Assembly (NCBI GenBank): GCA_035221665.1 | Contig: CM069134.1 | Coordinates: forward strand, 23,250,001 to 23,314,000 | Origin: Okamejei kenojei | Taxonomy: Eukaryota | Reading direction: 5' to 3' | DNA length: 64,000 nucleotides | Part shown: piece by piece, positions 51,136 to 64,000 of the stretch | How the letters are laid out: every line of letters starts with the position of its first letter | Numbering within the stretch: position 1 is the first letter of the stretch | Program-made: the position numbers and the translations under genes | The notes under the pieces: model-generated | What the model saw: the letters and a program-made list of their open reading frames with translations, nothing else | Told to the model about the DNA's origin: nothing | The model's database searches: none

Positions 51136-52014
51136 TGAGTTCCTAAAGTTACATTAGCACTGCCATCGTAACAGAAGCCATGAAGGAATCAAGACCACTA
51201 AAACCTGGTTGTTGCTACTGAGGTCTCTGTGGACACTTTGACCTCACAAGTATGTCAGCTTCAAAGTCTGGCCAGCTCCCAACTTGTTTCCCACCTTTGA
51301 ACTCTGTATTTACTTTAGGATCTGGGCATTGCAGACAAGGCAACAATTTATTGGTCATCCCCAGTGACATTAAATAAACGGCATCTGTATTTGTAAATGA
51401 CAGGTATAAGTAATTCCCTCCTTCTTAAAAAAAACAGTTGTCATCTTTTAAAACTTACACTAATAAATCTCAATGTTTAATTCCTCTGTGGATCTCTCTT
51501 CAAGGAAATAATAAGCGAGGTTGGCAATCATTTTTAAAATAATGTTTTGTATTGTCATTCGCCACATATAAGTTCCACCATGCACAGACACTCCAAAATG
51601 ATCAAGGCTGTGATTTATACAAAATAAAATAATTGTCTAGGCTTTGTGATCAGCATCCGTGCATCTACTAAAAGAGCATTACAATCTATAATTTGTATTC
51701 ATTATTGAAATTTAACATTTGGTAACATAATATTTCTAGGAAGTTATGGCACATAATTACCACTGTATTCCGCCCCAGGCCTCATACCTAGTCCTCACTC
51801 ATGCACCAGTTTTCCACTCAATACTTTAGCCTCCCTCTGCCCAGCACTTGTGACTCCAAGCAATAGTTTCTTCTATCTTTCCTCACCGTTATTGATGTAG
51901 ACGATATTTGTTGCAGTTATCAAATAATTTGTGCCTCAGATTTGGCCCCAGATCCACATGGAGTATCAAGGGAAAAGGACAGAAAGAAAGATAAAGGGAG
52001 ACAAATGTTTCTGA

Positions 52015-52330
52015 CAAGCTCCAGAACAAGGGGTCACAGTCTAAGGATAAGGGGAATTTCTTTAGGACCGAGATGAGGAAATATTTTTCACACAGAGAGT
52101 GGGGTGAATCTGTGGAATTCTCTGCCACTGATGGTAGTTGAGGCCAGCTCATTGGCTATATTTAAGAGGGAGTTAGATGTGGCCCTTGTGGCTAGAGGGA
52201 TCAGGAGGTATGGAGAGAAGGCAGGTACAGGATACTGAGTTGGATGATCAGCCATGATCATATTGAACGGCGGTGCAGGCTCGAAGGGCCGAATGGCCTA
52301 CTCCTGCACCTATTTTCTATGTTTCTATGT
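52015..52330 (+). mobile_element. CR1 3' end
   Basis: SRTRGHSLRI.., FFTQRV and tail ggccgaatggcctactcctgcacc..(tttctatg)n. Confidence 0.9.
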
Positions 52331-52934
52331 TATACAATGGGAAGAAGAGGTTTAAAAGTCATGTTGGGAAATCAAGAAACAGATAAAGTGTGTGAGAAGT
52401 TGTCTTCTATTACTTCGGCAATCCCTGATCAACTCTGGTTTTATAGGTTCTATGGTGGATAATAGGGTCAATGTAGGATCTGTAGACAGTTCTATACATG
52501 GATGGTGCAGGAGGTGGCTGACAGGACAGCGAGGTGGGTCGTTGTGAATGCCGCACTCCTTCGTCACTTACACAGGGTTTCCATGTGTTTATGATGCATG
52601 GAAGTTCTAAGTACAGGTTCCCATTCCTGGGATGTCTCTTCTCCACTCTCTGGAATTTAGGAGATTGATCTTATGATGGTCATAGACCAGGGGATATACT
52701 TAAGAGGTGAGAAAAACACAAAGGAATGGAGAAACTCATGTGGCTGGTGATGGATACAAAACATGATCTGTGGATGGATACTCCTGCACCTAACATGTTT
52801 CTATGTTTCAAGTTCAAGGTCAAAGTTACATTTATTGTCACATACACTAATTGGTGCAGTGAAATTTGAGTTACCATACAGCCACACGAATAAAATAATT
52901 ACCATACAGCCATACAAATTCAAATGGGACCCTT

Positions 52935-53050
52935 AGTCAGACAGACCCAAAATGTTGAATTTTTGTTTCTTCCACATATGTTGCTTGACCCACTGAGTTT
53001 CTCCAGTGTTTTGTTGAAGTTTCCAACATCTGCAGTTCCTTGTGTCTCCA
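52935..53050 (+). mobile_element. Highly decayed pLTR unit
   Basis: gacccaaaatgttg..tgctt..ctgagtttctccag..catctgcagttccttgtgtctc. Confidence 0.6.
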
Positions 53051-54659
53051 TTCCCAAAGGTTAGTGGAGGTGTTGCACTTCTTCAAGGAAGCTTTGAGCA
53101 GATCCTTGGATTTGCTACACAGATTGAAATAGAGGGTCTGCTTTGGGAGTCTGCATTGTTGAGCATGTAAAGACATCTATTTCAGCATATTGCTCCTGTG
53201 ACCTCATTTGAAGATCTCCCGTACCAATATCTATATTCAAATATCCACGCATTCAGGATTTCCACTGAAATAGACTTCAAATTTCAGGATCATAAATTTT
53301 CATGCAGTTATATATCTCGTAATTAGGAAAGTACAATACAATAAATATGATACAGTGTGTATGTTTTGCATTAAAAACAAATGTCTTACATGCAAACAGC
53401 ACTTAAAAATTGTGTCACCACAGCAAAATCATAGATATTGACCTTCCGAACATCCAAGGGATCTACAGGATGTACTGCCTCGAGAAGCCAGCTAATGCCA
53501 TTAAAGATCCACACCGATAGTGATCCATATTTCTAATCGAAATATATTTGTATTCTTAATCAATCCCAAGGAATGGGGCATCTTCAATTAGACTCCTACC
53601 CTTCGCTGCCCAACCTTATCTGCAACCACCCATTTCCCTCCCAAAAACCCCATCTTTCCCATTTGTCCAAACATCAGCGGTACTCAGCTTCATCCTTAGG
53701 CAATGTTAAACTTGCTCTTCAATAAACACTTTCCATCCATTTCTTGACATATTACATTTATCTTAGTCACAGATCTCTATTTTGGCTCCCTGCAGGAGAA
53801 GAACACTCAGAATATCATGGAGGGACAAAACAAAAGAGGCGGCCTTCACTCTACTCCTTCCATCTGCAGAGGAGGTGATTGGAAGACAAACTACACTGGT
53901 GATCAGAAGTGATTGGAAGATAAACTACACTGGTGATCAGAGGTGAGGCTGCAAAGCAACTTGCTGACAGAATTCTACATTATCCGTCTCCACTGCATCT
54001 TACACTCACTTGGATATGAAGTCAACTTGTAGCAAAACTGTGGATGAAGATGAACTTAAAATGTTCTTAACTTGACAGTTCCAATTAATATCTCAAATCT
54101 CCCAGGTGGTCTTTACCCTTCAAACATAACATGCTAACGTCCTAAAATGATTCCGCCTCAGATGAGTTTGCTCACTTTCAGAATGTGTTGCCACATGACA
54201 TGTGCAACTTAGGTACCAAGTTGGTGTCTGCCAGTCTGCATTAGATGCCACAGAATTGTTCAATTTCTACTCAGCTTGTTGCAGCTGTAGGAATCATAAA
54301 ACATGAGTGAAACATAAGCAAAGGGCAGTCTGTGCACCAACGGACATCAAATCTTCGCTGTGTGCACTTCCGAGAGATTGGAGGGCCCTGTTCCAAGCAT
54401 AAGTGCCTGATGTCATAGGTGTTTCTGATGATGTCTTTATCAAGGAAAGAGTAAGAAACTGCTTGGGGCATCAATCATGCATTTGAACGATTGCATGCAG
54501 ATCTTGATCAAATCTACAATGGACACAACAAACCCGTCCTGGGATCCCATGGATCTGCAAGAAATTAATCAAATGGTCATTGTAGCTAAAGCATTTGTTT
54601 AAAGATGTGTATTCCACTGAAAATTCTACTGAAAATTCCACTGAAAAACGCAGCATTTC

Positions 54660-55885
54660 AATATGATCATGGTTGATCATCCCCAATCAGTACCCCGTTC
54701 CTGCCATCTCCCCATATCCCCTGACTCCACTATTTTTAAGAGCCCTATCTAGCTCTCTCTTGAAAGAATCCAGAGAACCTGCCTCCACTGCCCTTTGAGG
54801 CAGAGAATTCCGCAGACTCACCACTCTCTGTGAGAAAAAGTTTCCTCGTCTCTGTTCTAAATGGCTTACTCCTTATTCTGAAACAGTGGCCCCTGGTTCT
54901 GGACTCCCCCAACACCGGGAACATGTTTTCTGCCTCTAGCGTGTCCAAACCCTTAACAATCTTATATGTTTCAATGAGATCCCCTCTCATCCTTCTAAAC
55001 TCCAGCTTGTACAAGCCCAGCTGCTCCATTCTCTCAGCATATGACAGTCCCGCCATCCCGGGAATTAACCTTGTAAACCTACGCTGCACTCCCTCAATAG
55101 CAAGAATGTCCTTCCTCAAATTAGGGGACCAAAACTGCACACAATACTCCAGGTGTGGTCTCACTAGGGCTCTGCACAACTGCAGAAGGGCCTCTTTGCT
55201 CCTATATTTGATTCCTCTTGTTATAATGGCCAACATGCCATTCGCTTTCTTCACTGCCTGCTGTACCTGCATGCTTACTTTCATAGACGAACAAGGACCC
55301 CCAAATCCCATTGTACTTCCCCTTTTCCCAACTTGACACCATTTAGATAGTAATCTGCCTTCCTGTTTTTGCTACCAAAGTGGATAACTTCACATTTATC
55401 CGCATTAAACTTAATCTGCCATGCATCTGCCCACTCCCCCAACCTGCCCAAGTCACCCTGTATTCTCATAGCATCCTCCTCACACCCAGCTTTGTGTCAT
55501 CTGCAAATTTGCTAATGTTACTTTGAATCCCTTCATTAAATCATTGATGTATATTGTAAATAGCTGCGGTCCCAGCACCGAGCCTTGCGGTACCCCACTA
55601 GTCACTGCCTGCCATTCTGAAAGGGACCCGTTAATCCCTACTCTTTGTTTCCTGTCTGCCAAACACTTCTTTATCCATGTCAGCACTCTACCCCCAATAC
55701 CATGTGCCCTAATTTTGCCCACTAATATCCTATGTGGGACCTTATCAAATGCTTTCTGAATGTGCAGGTACACTACATTCCACTGGCTCTCCCTTGTCCA
55801 TTTTCCTAGTTACATCTTCAAAAAATTCCAGAAGATTAGTCAAGCCTGATTTCCCCTTCGTAAACCCATACTGGCTCGGACCGAT
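54660..55885 (-). mobile_element. CR1 LINE RT 3' half (relatively young)
   Basis: [60 protein letters not shown]. Confidence 0.95.
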
Positions 55886-55894
55886 ATGGATAAA

Positions 55895-56180
55895 ATAGCA
55901 TTAGGGTTGTGTTATTAGTATTCGCCATGCAAAGTCTGCACTACTGATCTACGGACATGAGTCTCAATTCTACCATGGCAGCTGGGGAATTTAAATTCAA
56001 CTAATTATATAAATGTGGACTGAAGAATAATAAGCATCTACAGTAGGAACCTTGAAACAATCAGATTGTCATAAAAGTCCATCTGGTTCACTAATGTTCT
56101 TCAGGGTAGGAAATCCGGCTTCCTTATCTGTTCTGGTCTATACCTTATTCCAGACCCACTAATATGCTTGAGTCATAACT
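55895..56180 (+). mobile_element. Old SINE-like chondrichthyan repeat
   Basis: ..ccatggcagctggggaatttaaattc..ctggttcactaatgt..agggtaggaaat..ccagacccac resembles a common shark/ray interspersed repeat (from memory). Confidence 0.5.
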
Positions 56181-56189
56181 GCTTCAATC

Positions 56190-57549
56190 CAGGGCCAATT
56201 AAGGTCTTAAACTGGAACAAGGCCAATTTTGGAGGCATTAGACTGGGACTTGCAGAGCAGAATTGATTTGTTTGTTTGTGGGTGGAGGGATGGCTGCTAA
56301 ATGGGAGGCTTTCAAAAGTGAGACAGGAGCAGCATGTTCCTATTAGATTAAGGGCAAGGCTGGTAAATCTAGTGAATCCTGGTTGACCAGAGTTGTTGAG
56401 AGTCTGGTCAACTAAAGGAGAAGGCATACATCAGATGAAGACAGGCAAATCCCTCAGTGAGTTTAAAGATATCGGAGCACAGTTAAGAAGGCTTTTAGGA
56501 GGGTACAAAGAAAACACGAAATGTATCTAGCAGGCAAACTAAAAGGAATCCTGAGAGATTTTACATGTACATTCAGAGGAAAAGGGGGCTGTGGAGAGAA
56601 TAGGATCCCCTTGCAGATCAGCGTCGCTGTCTTTATGTAGAATCACAAGAGATGGGGGCAGATATTAACTGAATATTCCTCATTCGTTTTTGCTGAGGAG
56701 AAGATCATGGAAGCTAAGGAATTGTGGCACATGAGTTGTGGTGTCTTAGATGACTACCAAAAAGGAGGTAATTACAGTTTTAAAGTGCATTAAAGTAGAG
56801 AAAAACCCAGGATCTGACCACGTGAATCTCGGACCTTGTGGGATGCAAGTAAATAAATTGTGGAGGCCCTTGCTGAGATGCTTGCTTCATCTTTAGCCAT
56901 ACGTGAAGTACTGCAGGTCAGTGAGTCTGATGTCAGTGCTGGGAAAGTTGTCGGAGGGGATTCCGAGGGGCAGGGATTATGAACATTTGTACAGGCAGGT
57001 ACTGATTGGAGATAGTCAGCAGAGCTTTGTGCATGGGAAATTATATCTTACAAATCTGATAGAGTTTTTTTTGAAGAGACCACCAAGAGGAATGATGAGG
57101 GAAAGGCAGTTTATATCATCTACGTGAACATTACCCGAGCCTTTGACAAGGTCCTGTGTGGTATGCTTGCTTGGAAGGATAGATTGCATGGACTCCAAGG
57201 TGAGGTAGCCTATTGGTTTTAAAATTGGCTTGGTGGAAGGAGTCAAAGGTAGTTATAGGAGATTGCTTTTTCAATTAGAGGCCTATGTGTCACATGGGTC
57301 TGTGCTGGGTCCACTGCTTTTTGTTAACTACAATAATTATCTGGATGACAAATGTAGTTAACATTGTTAGTAAATTTGCAGCTGACCCCAAAATTGGTGT
57401 TACAGTGGGGGGAGAGAAGAGGAGGGGAGGTGGAGGGGGGTTACAGTGATGAGAAAGGATATCTATGTTTACAACAGGATATTGATCAGTTGGGAAAGTG
57501 GGTCAAGGAAATACCAAAGGAATTTAACTCTGACAAGTATGAGGTTTAA
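56190..57549 (+). mobile_element. Old CR1 ORF2 (endonuclease linker to RT)
   Basis: VLNWNKANF, VSLMSVLGKL, QQSFVHGKLYLTNLIEFF, AFDKV, KFAAD.K remnants. Confidence 0.85.
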
Positions 57550-58032
57550 AGTTGGACACTTTTATCCTCCTTCCCATTCCTACACAGACCTTTCTGCCCC
57601 CAGTCTCCTCCATTGTCAGAGTGAGGCTAAATGCAAATTGGTGGAACAGCATCTCATATTTTGCTTAGGCAGCTTACAGCCCAGTGGCATGAATATTGAT
57701 TTCTCTCACTTGGCATTCCCTCTCTCTCTCTATCCCTCCCCCACCCAAGTCGCACTAACTTCACATTTTTCACCCTACAAACGGCTTACAATGGCCTGTT
57801 TCCTTTATCATCATTACTTTTTCGGCATATCTTTTATTCATTGTACTTTATCTCCTGACATCGCTGTCTATATCTCTCGTTTCCCTTATCTCTAACCAGT
57901 CTGAAGAAGGGACTCAACCCGAAACTTCACCCATTCCTTCTCTCCAGAGATGCTGCCTACCCTGCTGAGTTACTCCTAGCTTTTTGTGTTTATCTTCGGT
58001 TTAAACTAGCAACTGCAGTTCCTTCTTACACA
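57550..58032 (+). mobile_element. Penelope-like 3' end (GIY-YIG C-terminus + pLTR with hammerhead) between CR1 segments
   Basis: GHF.PPSHSYTDLS..KLVEQHLIFCLGSLQPSGMNIDFS; CTGAAGA-A-GGGACTCAACCC-GAAAC-TTC at 57901-57928. Confidence 0.88.
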
Positions 58033-58039
58033 TGTAAGG

Positions 58040-58615
58040 CTGAGGCTCTATAAGGTGCTGGTAAGGCCGCATTTGGAATATTGTGAGCAATTTTGGGCAT
58101 CATATCTGAGGAAGGATGTGCTGGCTATGGAAAGAGTCCAGAGGAGGTTTACAAGAATGATGCCAGGAATGAGTAGGTTAACCTATGATGAGCATTTGTC
58201 GGCTCTGGGCCTATACTTGCTGGAGTTTAGAAGTATGAAGGGGACCTCATTGAAATATGCAGAATAGTGAAAGTCTTGAATTGAGTAGATGTGGAGAGGA
58301 TGTTGCCACTAGTGGGAGAGTCTAGGAGTATAGGTCATAGCCTCAGAATTAAAGAATGTACTTTTAGGAAGGAGATGAGGATATTTTTTTTAGTCAGAGG
58401 GTGATGAATCTGTGGAATTCTTTGCCACAGAAGGCTGTGGAGGCCACATTAGTGGATATTTTTAAAGCAGAGATAGATAGATTCTTGATTAGTACGGGTG
58501 TCAAAGGTTATGGGGAGAAGGCAGGAGAATGGGGTTAGGAGGGAGAGGGGTTAGAAGATCAGCCATGAGTAGATTGGAGAGGCCAAATGGCCTAATTCTA
58601 CTCCTATGACTTATG
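58040..58615 (+). mobile_element. CR1 3' end
   Basis: LVRPHLEYCEQFWASYLRKDVLAMERVQRRFTRM plus 3' UTR. Confidence 0.92.
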
Positions 58616-59261
58616 AATACAATAACAGCCATAAATCATTAATAAATATGTATTACTTTGCAAGTAATGTTAGACTCAAATGAGCGATTTTATATTGTTT
58701 CAGTTTTTTCCTCCTGCATGCAAAAACCAAGATGGTTATCCGTGAATTAGTTGTGCTTCCGGATTGATGCTTAATAGGTCTCCAGTGAAGGACTAATGTT
58801 TAAACCAGACATTTTAGGTTAATAGTTGATTTCTTGGACAGAATCATTGATATATGACAATTATTTTCTTACCTGCATCTGTTTAATTTTGGAAATAATA
58901 AATTGACTAGAAGAAGTAAATAGATCAGAAAGACTTCTTAGTAAATTACTGTCCCTATGAATCACATTGCAATCTACGTCCAAATGCAGTGTTGACATCT
59001 GGAATAAATCCTTTGTTGCTTGCAACCTATATTTAAATTCCTCCACGAATATCTAACAGTGAATTACTTCCTTTGATCTTACTTTTAAATGGAATATTGT
59101 TATAAGGAAGAAGTTCGTAGTTTGTTTGGTAACTGGAATAGGTGGAAGCAAATTGAAAGACTGCCTTCTGAGTATATTGCAATAATTTTGTTACCGATTA
59201 ATACTTTCTTTTGGCTATTACATATCCCAAGAGGCGTTGTACATGTGCATCATTTCTGGTT

Positions 59262-59765
59262 AGAATCATAGTCATGCTGCGTGCAAACAGGCCCTTTGGT
59301 CCAACTTGCCCACACTGGCCAACATGTCCAACCTACACTAGTCCCACCTGCCCATGCTTTGGCCCATATCCCTCTAAACCTGTCCTATCCACGTAATATT
59401 ATCTGCTTCAACTACTTCCTCCGGCAGCTCATTCCATACATCCACCCCCCCTTTGTGTGAAAAGGTTAGCCTTCAGGTTCCTAATAAATCTTTCCCCCCT
59501 CATCTTTAACCTTTGTTCTCTGCTTCTTGATTCCCCTACTCTGGGCATAAGACCTCTGCGTCTCCCCGATCTATTCCTATCATGATTTTATACACCTCTA
59601 TAAGATCACCCCTCATCCTCCTACACTCCAAGGAATAGAGTCCTAGCCTGCTCAACCTCTCCCCATAGCTCAGGCCCGCGAGTCCTGACAACATCCTCAT
59701 AAATCTTCTCTGGACCCTTTCTAGCTCGACAACATCTTTCCTATAACATGGTGCCTAAAAACTGA
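59262..59765 (-). mobile_element. CR1 3' end
   Basis: Homologous to 48985-49500. Confidence 0.88.
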
Positions 59766-60457
59766 TCTTTTGTTTGTTTCCTTTAGCTATTCATCACAAG
59801 AGACAGCAGATGCTTTCTCTGCAAATGTGCAAGACTCATAGTGGTGAAAAATGTTATATCGCTTCCCGTGTAAGTTCCACAGATGGCAGTGAATTCCAAA
59901 AGCAAGAGAAATATGACTGTAGATTCCCTATTATCTTACATTATTGCAGAGACATAATCTATCTCAATATGCTTCCCTTACGGTTTCCAATTCCTTAATG
60001 AGACGATGAGAAGTGGATGAATTGATGGTCAGACTTTTATGATGCCATAAGTAGGTTCAAGCACTCATCATAGGTCCACAACTCTGTATTTAGTGACCTT
60101 TGACCTTGATTTCATGACCTCTGCCAATTACATCACTAAAAGAGGTCATGGCTCTCATGTGAGCTAATGCAAGAATGATGTCAGAGGCTTTCCCCTAAAT
60201 TAGAGCTCACCTTTACTATAGACACCATGTTTTTTTTATTTGTCATATTTAAATTTAAGTAATTGACACAATTATTTGGCAAAGTAGCCATCACGTCTGA
60301 CACCCCTCAGATCAAAGAAGCGGTCAGCAATGCACAAACAAGTGATGGAGACATTGTTTGAAAAAGTTGCTCACGTTGAAACCCATCAGTTTTTGTAGAT
60401 TGCCCTAAACTCTCTGGGTTCATCTTGCAAACTACTATATGCTTACCAATGAACATG

Positions 60458-60630
60458 TTCATAAGATCATAAGGAATAGGAGTAGAACTAGGCCATTCAG
60501 TCCATCAAGTCTTCTCCGCCATTCAATCATGGCTGATCTATGTCTCCCTCCTAACCCCATTCTCCCTCCTAATCAAGAATCTATCTATCTCTGCCTTTAA
60601 AAATATCTACTAACTTGGCCTCCACAGTCT
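60458..60630 (-). mobile_element. CR1 3' tail
   Basis: cataagatcataag..ggccattcag..ccattcaatcatggctgatc. Confidence 0.8.
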
Positions 60631-61234
60631 TGAGAACTCTACTAACTTTCTTAATTCTTAATTTTCTACCAACTCTACTATCTTTTAAAAATAGGTTCAC
60701 ACTTTATCCTGACAGGGAATACCATGTGTCTTTCATATTGGGACATTTCACTATAGCATGATTATTTATGTGCCGAGGGCAAATGTCCAACAGGTTGATC
60801 AGGGATCCCTAGCACCCTCTGCAGTAACATTTGATATTCCTGGATTGCTTTCCTAGAACTTGCTGAACTTTGACCCACTGTTGCACTGTTCTGTGAAACT
60901 TATCAATAACCTGATTGCACTACACAAATATTCTTAATGTTGATTGTCGATCTGGGGCCTCAGAACAAGTCATCCAGGTTGTCTGCATTTTGTGGTCCAT
61001 TGCTTGCTATCAAATGTTGTGATTCACTAAGAACGTGGTGAATGCCTCAAAAGAGTTACACAAAGCCAACAGAATCTATTTCCAGAGGTTACTGCAAACT
61101 CTCTGCCAGCTAAGTGTTATCAGTGAGCTAGATTTATACCTATACTTTATACACACTTGAACCATTCCCATTGCAATACCATTCCTGTTATTAGTCTTGT
61201 TTCTGAACATTAATTGATACTTGGCTCTCTTCAT

Positions 61235-61620
61235 AACCACCGAGTCTGTGCTGACCAGCGATCCCCATACACTAGCACTATCCTACACACTAGGGACATT
61301 TTACAATCTGTACCGAAAGCTAATTAACCAACAAGCCTGTATGTCTCTGGAGTTTAAGAAGGAACTGCAGATGCTGGAAAATCGATGGTAGACAAAAGTG
61401 CTGGAGAAACTCAGCGGGTGCAGCAGCATCTATGGAGCGATGGAAATAGGCAACGTTTCGGGCCAAAACCCTTCTTCAGACACTCGGGAATGGGAGGAAA
61501 CCGTTGAACCCAGGGAAAACCCATAAGGTCACGGAGAGAATGTACAAACTCTGTCTAGACATCATCCCTCATCAGGATTGAACCCAGGTCTCTGGCACTG
61601 CAAGGCAGCAACTCTACCAT
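61235..61620 (-). mobile_element. HE1-like V-SINE interrupted by a pLTR/hammerhead unit
   Basis: Homologous to 3203-3512; split within the tctttggagtgtgggagg segment. Confidence 0.82.
61355..61481 (-). mobile_element. pLTR unit with an intact minimal hammerhead core
   Basis: Minus strand: gt CTGAAGA A GGGTT TT GGCCC GAAA CGTT gcctatttcc. Confidence 0.85.
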
Positions 61621-61624
61621 GGCT

Positions 61625-61846
61625 AATCTCCATGGGACTTTATTCTAGTTGGCGCTAAATTTTGAACATGTTGAAAAATTCTCGGCGACCATAATGAGCC
61701 CGTGACTAGTTCCCAAAATGCGGAAACTCCTCATGACCTATGAAGGCGACTACCTGGCAACCACTCGCGAACATGTGGCGACCATGTGGCGACTGCATAG
61801 TCTCCTGCAGTCGCCTAAAAATGTCGCCTAAGTGGGACAGGCTCAT
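61625..61846. mobile_element. Partial MITE (Harbinger/PIF-like right end)
   Basis: CpG-rich ggcgac subrepeats ending gtcgcctaagtgggacaggctc, matching the TIR type of 62321-62546. Confidence 0.6.
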
Positions 61847-62320
61847 AAATGACACCTGAATCCCTGAGATTCAAACAAGAATAGCAAAATATGTAGCTAA
61901 ACTGGTAAGGTTACTGAAGATCTTCTGACATGCTGTGCAGAAGTTGCTGATGGTCCCAGTCAACACCACCTTCCTCAACTGGGCCTGTAATTTTTGTCCT
62001 CCCTCCTTCAGTGTCAAATATCTGAATTCTGCCCCATTTCAGACTGAAGCAAATTCTTTATGTAAGTGTCCAAACTTGGGAATTCTGTTATTTTCCAAAG
62101 CGTTTCCAGAGTTAATTCTCTTGAATTCAGCACCTCAGTTCTTAGATAACTATGACCATACCACAATATAATTCGACAGCAATTTAAGTATGGTAGCAGC
62201 ATATGAATGCTTACTAACTGCACCAACTCCCTCCCTCACCCCCCTCATCATCACTCCTGAGGATTAACTATATAGAAATGACACAAATAACCTACTTGCA
62301 GGAACCCAGGAAATGCACTT

Positions 62321-62546
62321 AAGGGGCTATCTCATTTGGGCAACCTAACTGATTTTTTCCAAGGCGACCTCTTTTTACTCGCGGGCATTTTTTAACATAT
62401 TGAAGGCCTCGAGTACACGGAGACCAATCTCGAGCATGAAGGAGAATTACGAAGACCTCCTACGACCACGTGTCGACCATGCTGCGAATATGAGTCGAGG
62501 GCAAACACGCCAGAACTCGCGGATTAGGTCGCCCAACAGGCCCTTT
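62321..62546. mobile_element. MITE with imperfect TIRs (Harbinger/PIF-like)
   Basis: Left aaggggctatctcatttgggcaacctaa; right ttaggtcgcccaa..caggcccttt; TTA/TAA at both ends. Confidence 0.65.
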
Positions 62547-63394
62547 AGGTCACAGTGAAAGGCAAAGTGTTTTTTCTTCCTGCTATGGGGGGAAATAGAG
62601 AGATCCATCCCATGAAATGGTTGGCATTTATCATTTGTTCAAGTCTCTTCTCTTTTTTCATTTTATGGTATTATCAACAGGCTCAATCGTATTATTGCCT
62701 GACACCTCACTGTCACCTCACTCACTGCCAGTCATCAATTAAAAGCATAATTTATGCATTCAATATATTTCTAATTCAGCATCAAAATTCTTGATGTTTT
62801 CATAAATATCATTTTAAAACATTTCAGATTTTTTGAGGCAAAAGATTTATTTATGTAAGACAAGAATACATGAATGTCACAAAGGAGAACCATGAATTCA
62901 AAATGCATTACAGGAGCAAATTATAAAGGCTTTATACTATGAATAAAAGAACATTTTGATATTTCCCTCAATGCCAGGTGAAGGACTCTTTTCCTACATC
63001 CCCTTTGAATTCTCATTTATATAATAAAAGCCATGAAAGCACATTAACCTCTTAATACTTTAAATCATGCAACAATTAAGAAACCAAACTGAAGAAGAAT
63101 CTTGCGTTAAATTTAAAAGGCTGCCTTTTAAATATAGCATAAAATTATCTGGAATATAATAGCCACAGCCTCATTGACTTCCTCAAACAAATATGCCAGT
63201 AACATTTTTGAAGGACAAATCATGGTTAGAAGCATTAAAATAAAAATGCCTTGAGATGTGGGAAGCATTGGCAAGGCCATATTTATGCCCCATCTGCAGG
63301 TTTGCTGAGAAATTAGTGGTGCATTTATGCTTTTTATCTTGAAGAGTTTACAGAATGACACGCTCTAAATCCCAGGCTAACCTTTTGGGATCAA

Positions 63395-64000
63395 GAGAGT
63401 TCAAGAGAGAGCTTTATTGTCATGTGTCCCTGAACCGATCAGTGTGTCCATATACCATTGCATAAATATATTCACACATGAATAATTAAACTGATAAAGT
63501 GCAAATAAACAGATTATTGGCTATTAATGTTCAGAGTTTTGTCCGAGCCGAGTTTAATAGCCTGATGGCTGTGGGGAAGAAGCTGTTCCTGAACCTGGTC
63601 ATTGCAGTCTTCAGGCTCCTGTACCTTCTACCTGAAGGTAGTGGGGAGATTAGTGTATGGCCCGGATGGTGTGGGTCCTTGATGATGCTGCAAGTCTTTT
63701 TGAGGCAGCGACTGTGATAGATCCCCTCGATGAATGAGAGGTCAGAGCCGATGGACTGGGCAGTGTTTACCACTTTTAGTAGTCTTTTCCACTCCAGGGC
63801 GCTTAAGTTTCCTAACCAAGCCACGATGCAACCAGTCAGCATGGTTTCCACTGTGCACCTTTAGAGAGAATCCTCCTTGACAGACCGACTCTCCTATTCT
63901 TCTCAGGAAGCAGAGGCGCTGATGTGCTTTCTTTATGATTGCATCAGTGTTCTCGGACCAGGAAAGATCTTCAGAGATATGCAGGCCCAGGACTTTGAAG
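63395..64000 (-). mobile_element. Rex-Babar-type LINE 3' end (runs off the window)
   Basis: ORF 63531..63851 LTGCIVAW..IYHSRCLKK..IIKDPHHPGHTLISPLPSGRRYRSLK..RFRNSFFPTAIRLLN. Confidence 0.88.

Noticed and set aside
53875-53942. 34-bp direct repeat x2 (CRISPR-like length)
   Set aside because: Directly tandem with no spacer, in a eukaryotic context; a simple local duplication.
54611-54647. 12-bp unit x3 (attccactgaaa)
   Set aside because: Short minisatellite beside a CR1 end.

Overview
Vertebrate genomic window. The repeat families (HE1-type V-SINE, CR1, Penelope-like pLTRs) point to a cartilaginous fish, probably a skate or ray (inference). The minus strand carries the 5' part of ZFHX4: a probable non-coding exon 1 near 29.5-30.2 kb in a CpG-rich promoter domain, exon 2 (8071-10694, ATG at 10648) and exon 3 (6152-6654); the gene continues beyond base 1. 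About 3.5-36.5 kb is almost transposon-free and contains CNE-like motif clusters, while both flanks are full of decayed CR1, L1, Rex-Babar, Penelope, SINE and MITE copies. Two kinds of tiny ribozyme-bearing retroposon stand out. (1) A ~140-bp TSD-flanked element (45257-45395, minus) whose first nucleotide is G1 of a CPEB3/HDV-like ribozyme fold. (2) About ten Penelope-derived pLTR units with minimal hammerhead motifs, found attached to GIY-YIG coding remnants, as ~95-bp solo TSD-flanked insertions and as palindromic dimers. Folds were read by eye, no searches were run, and repeat boundaries are approximate.
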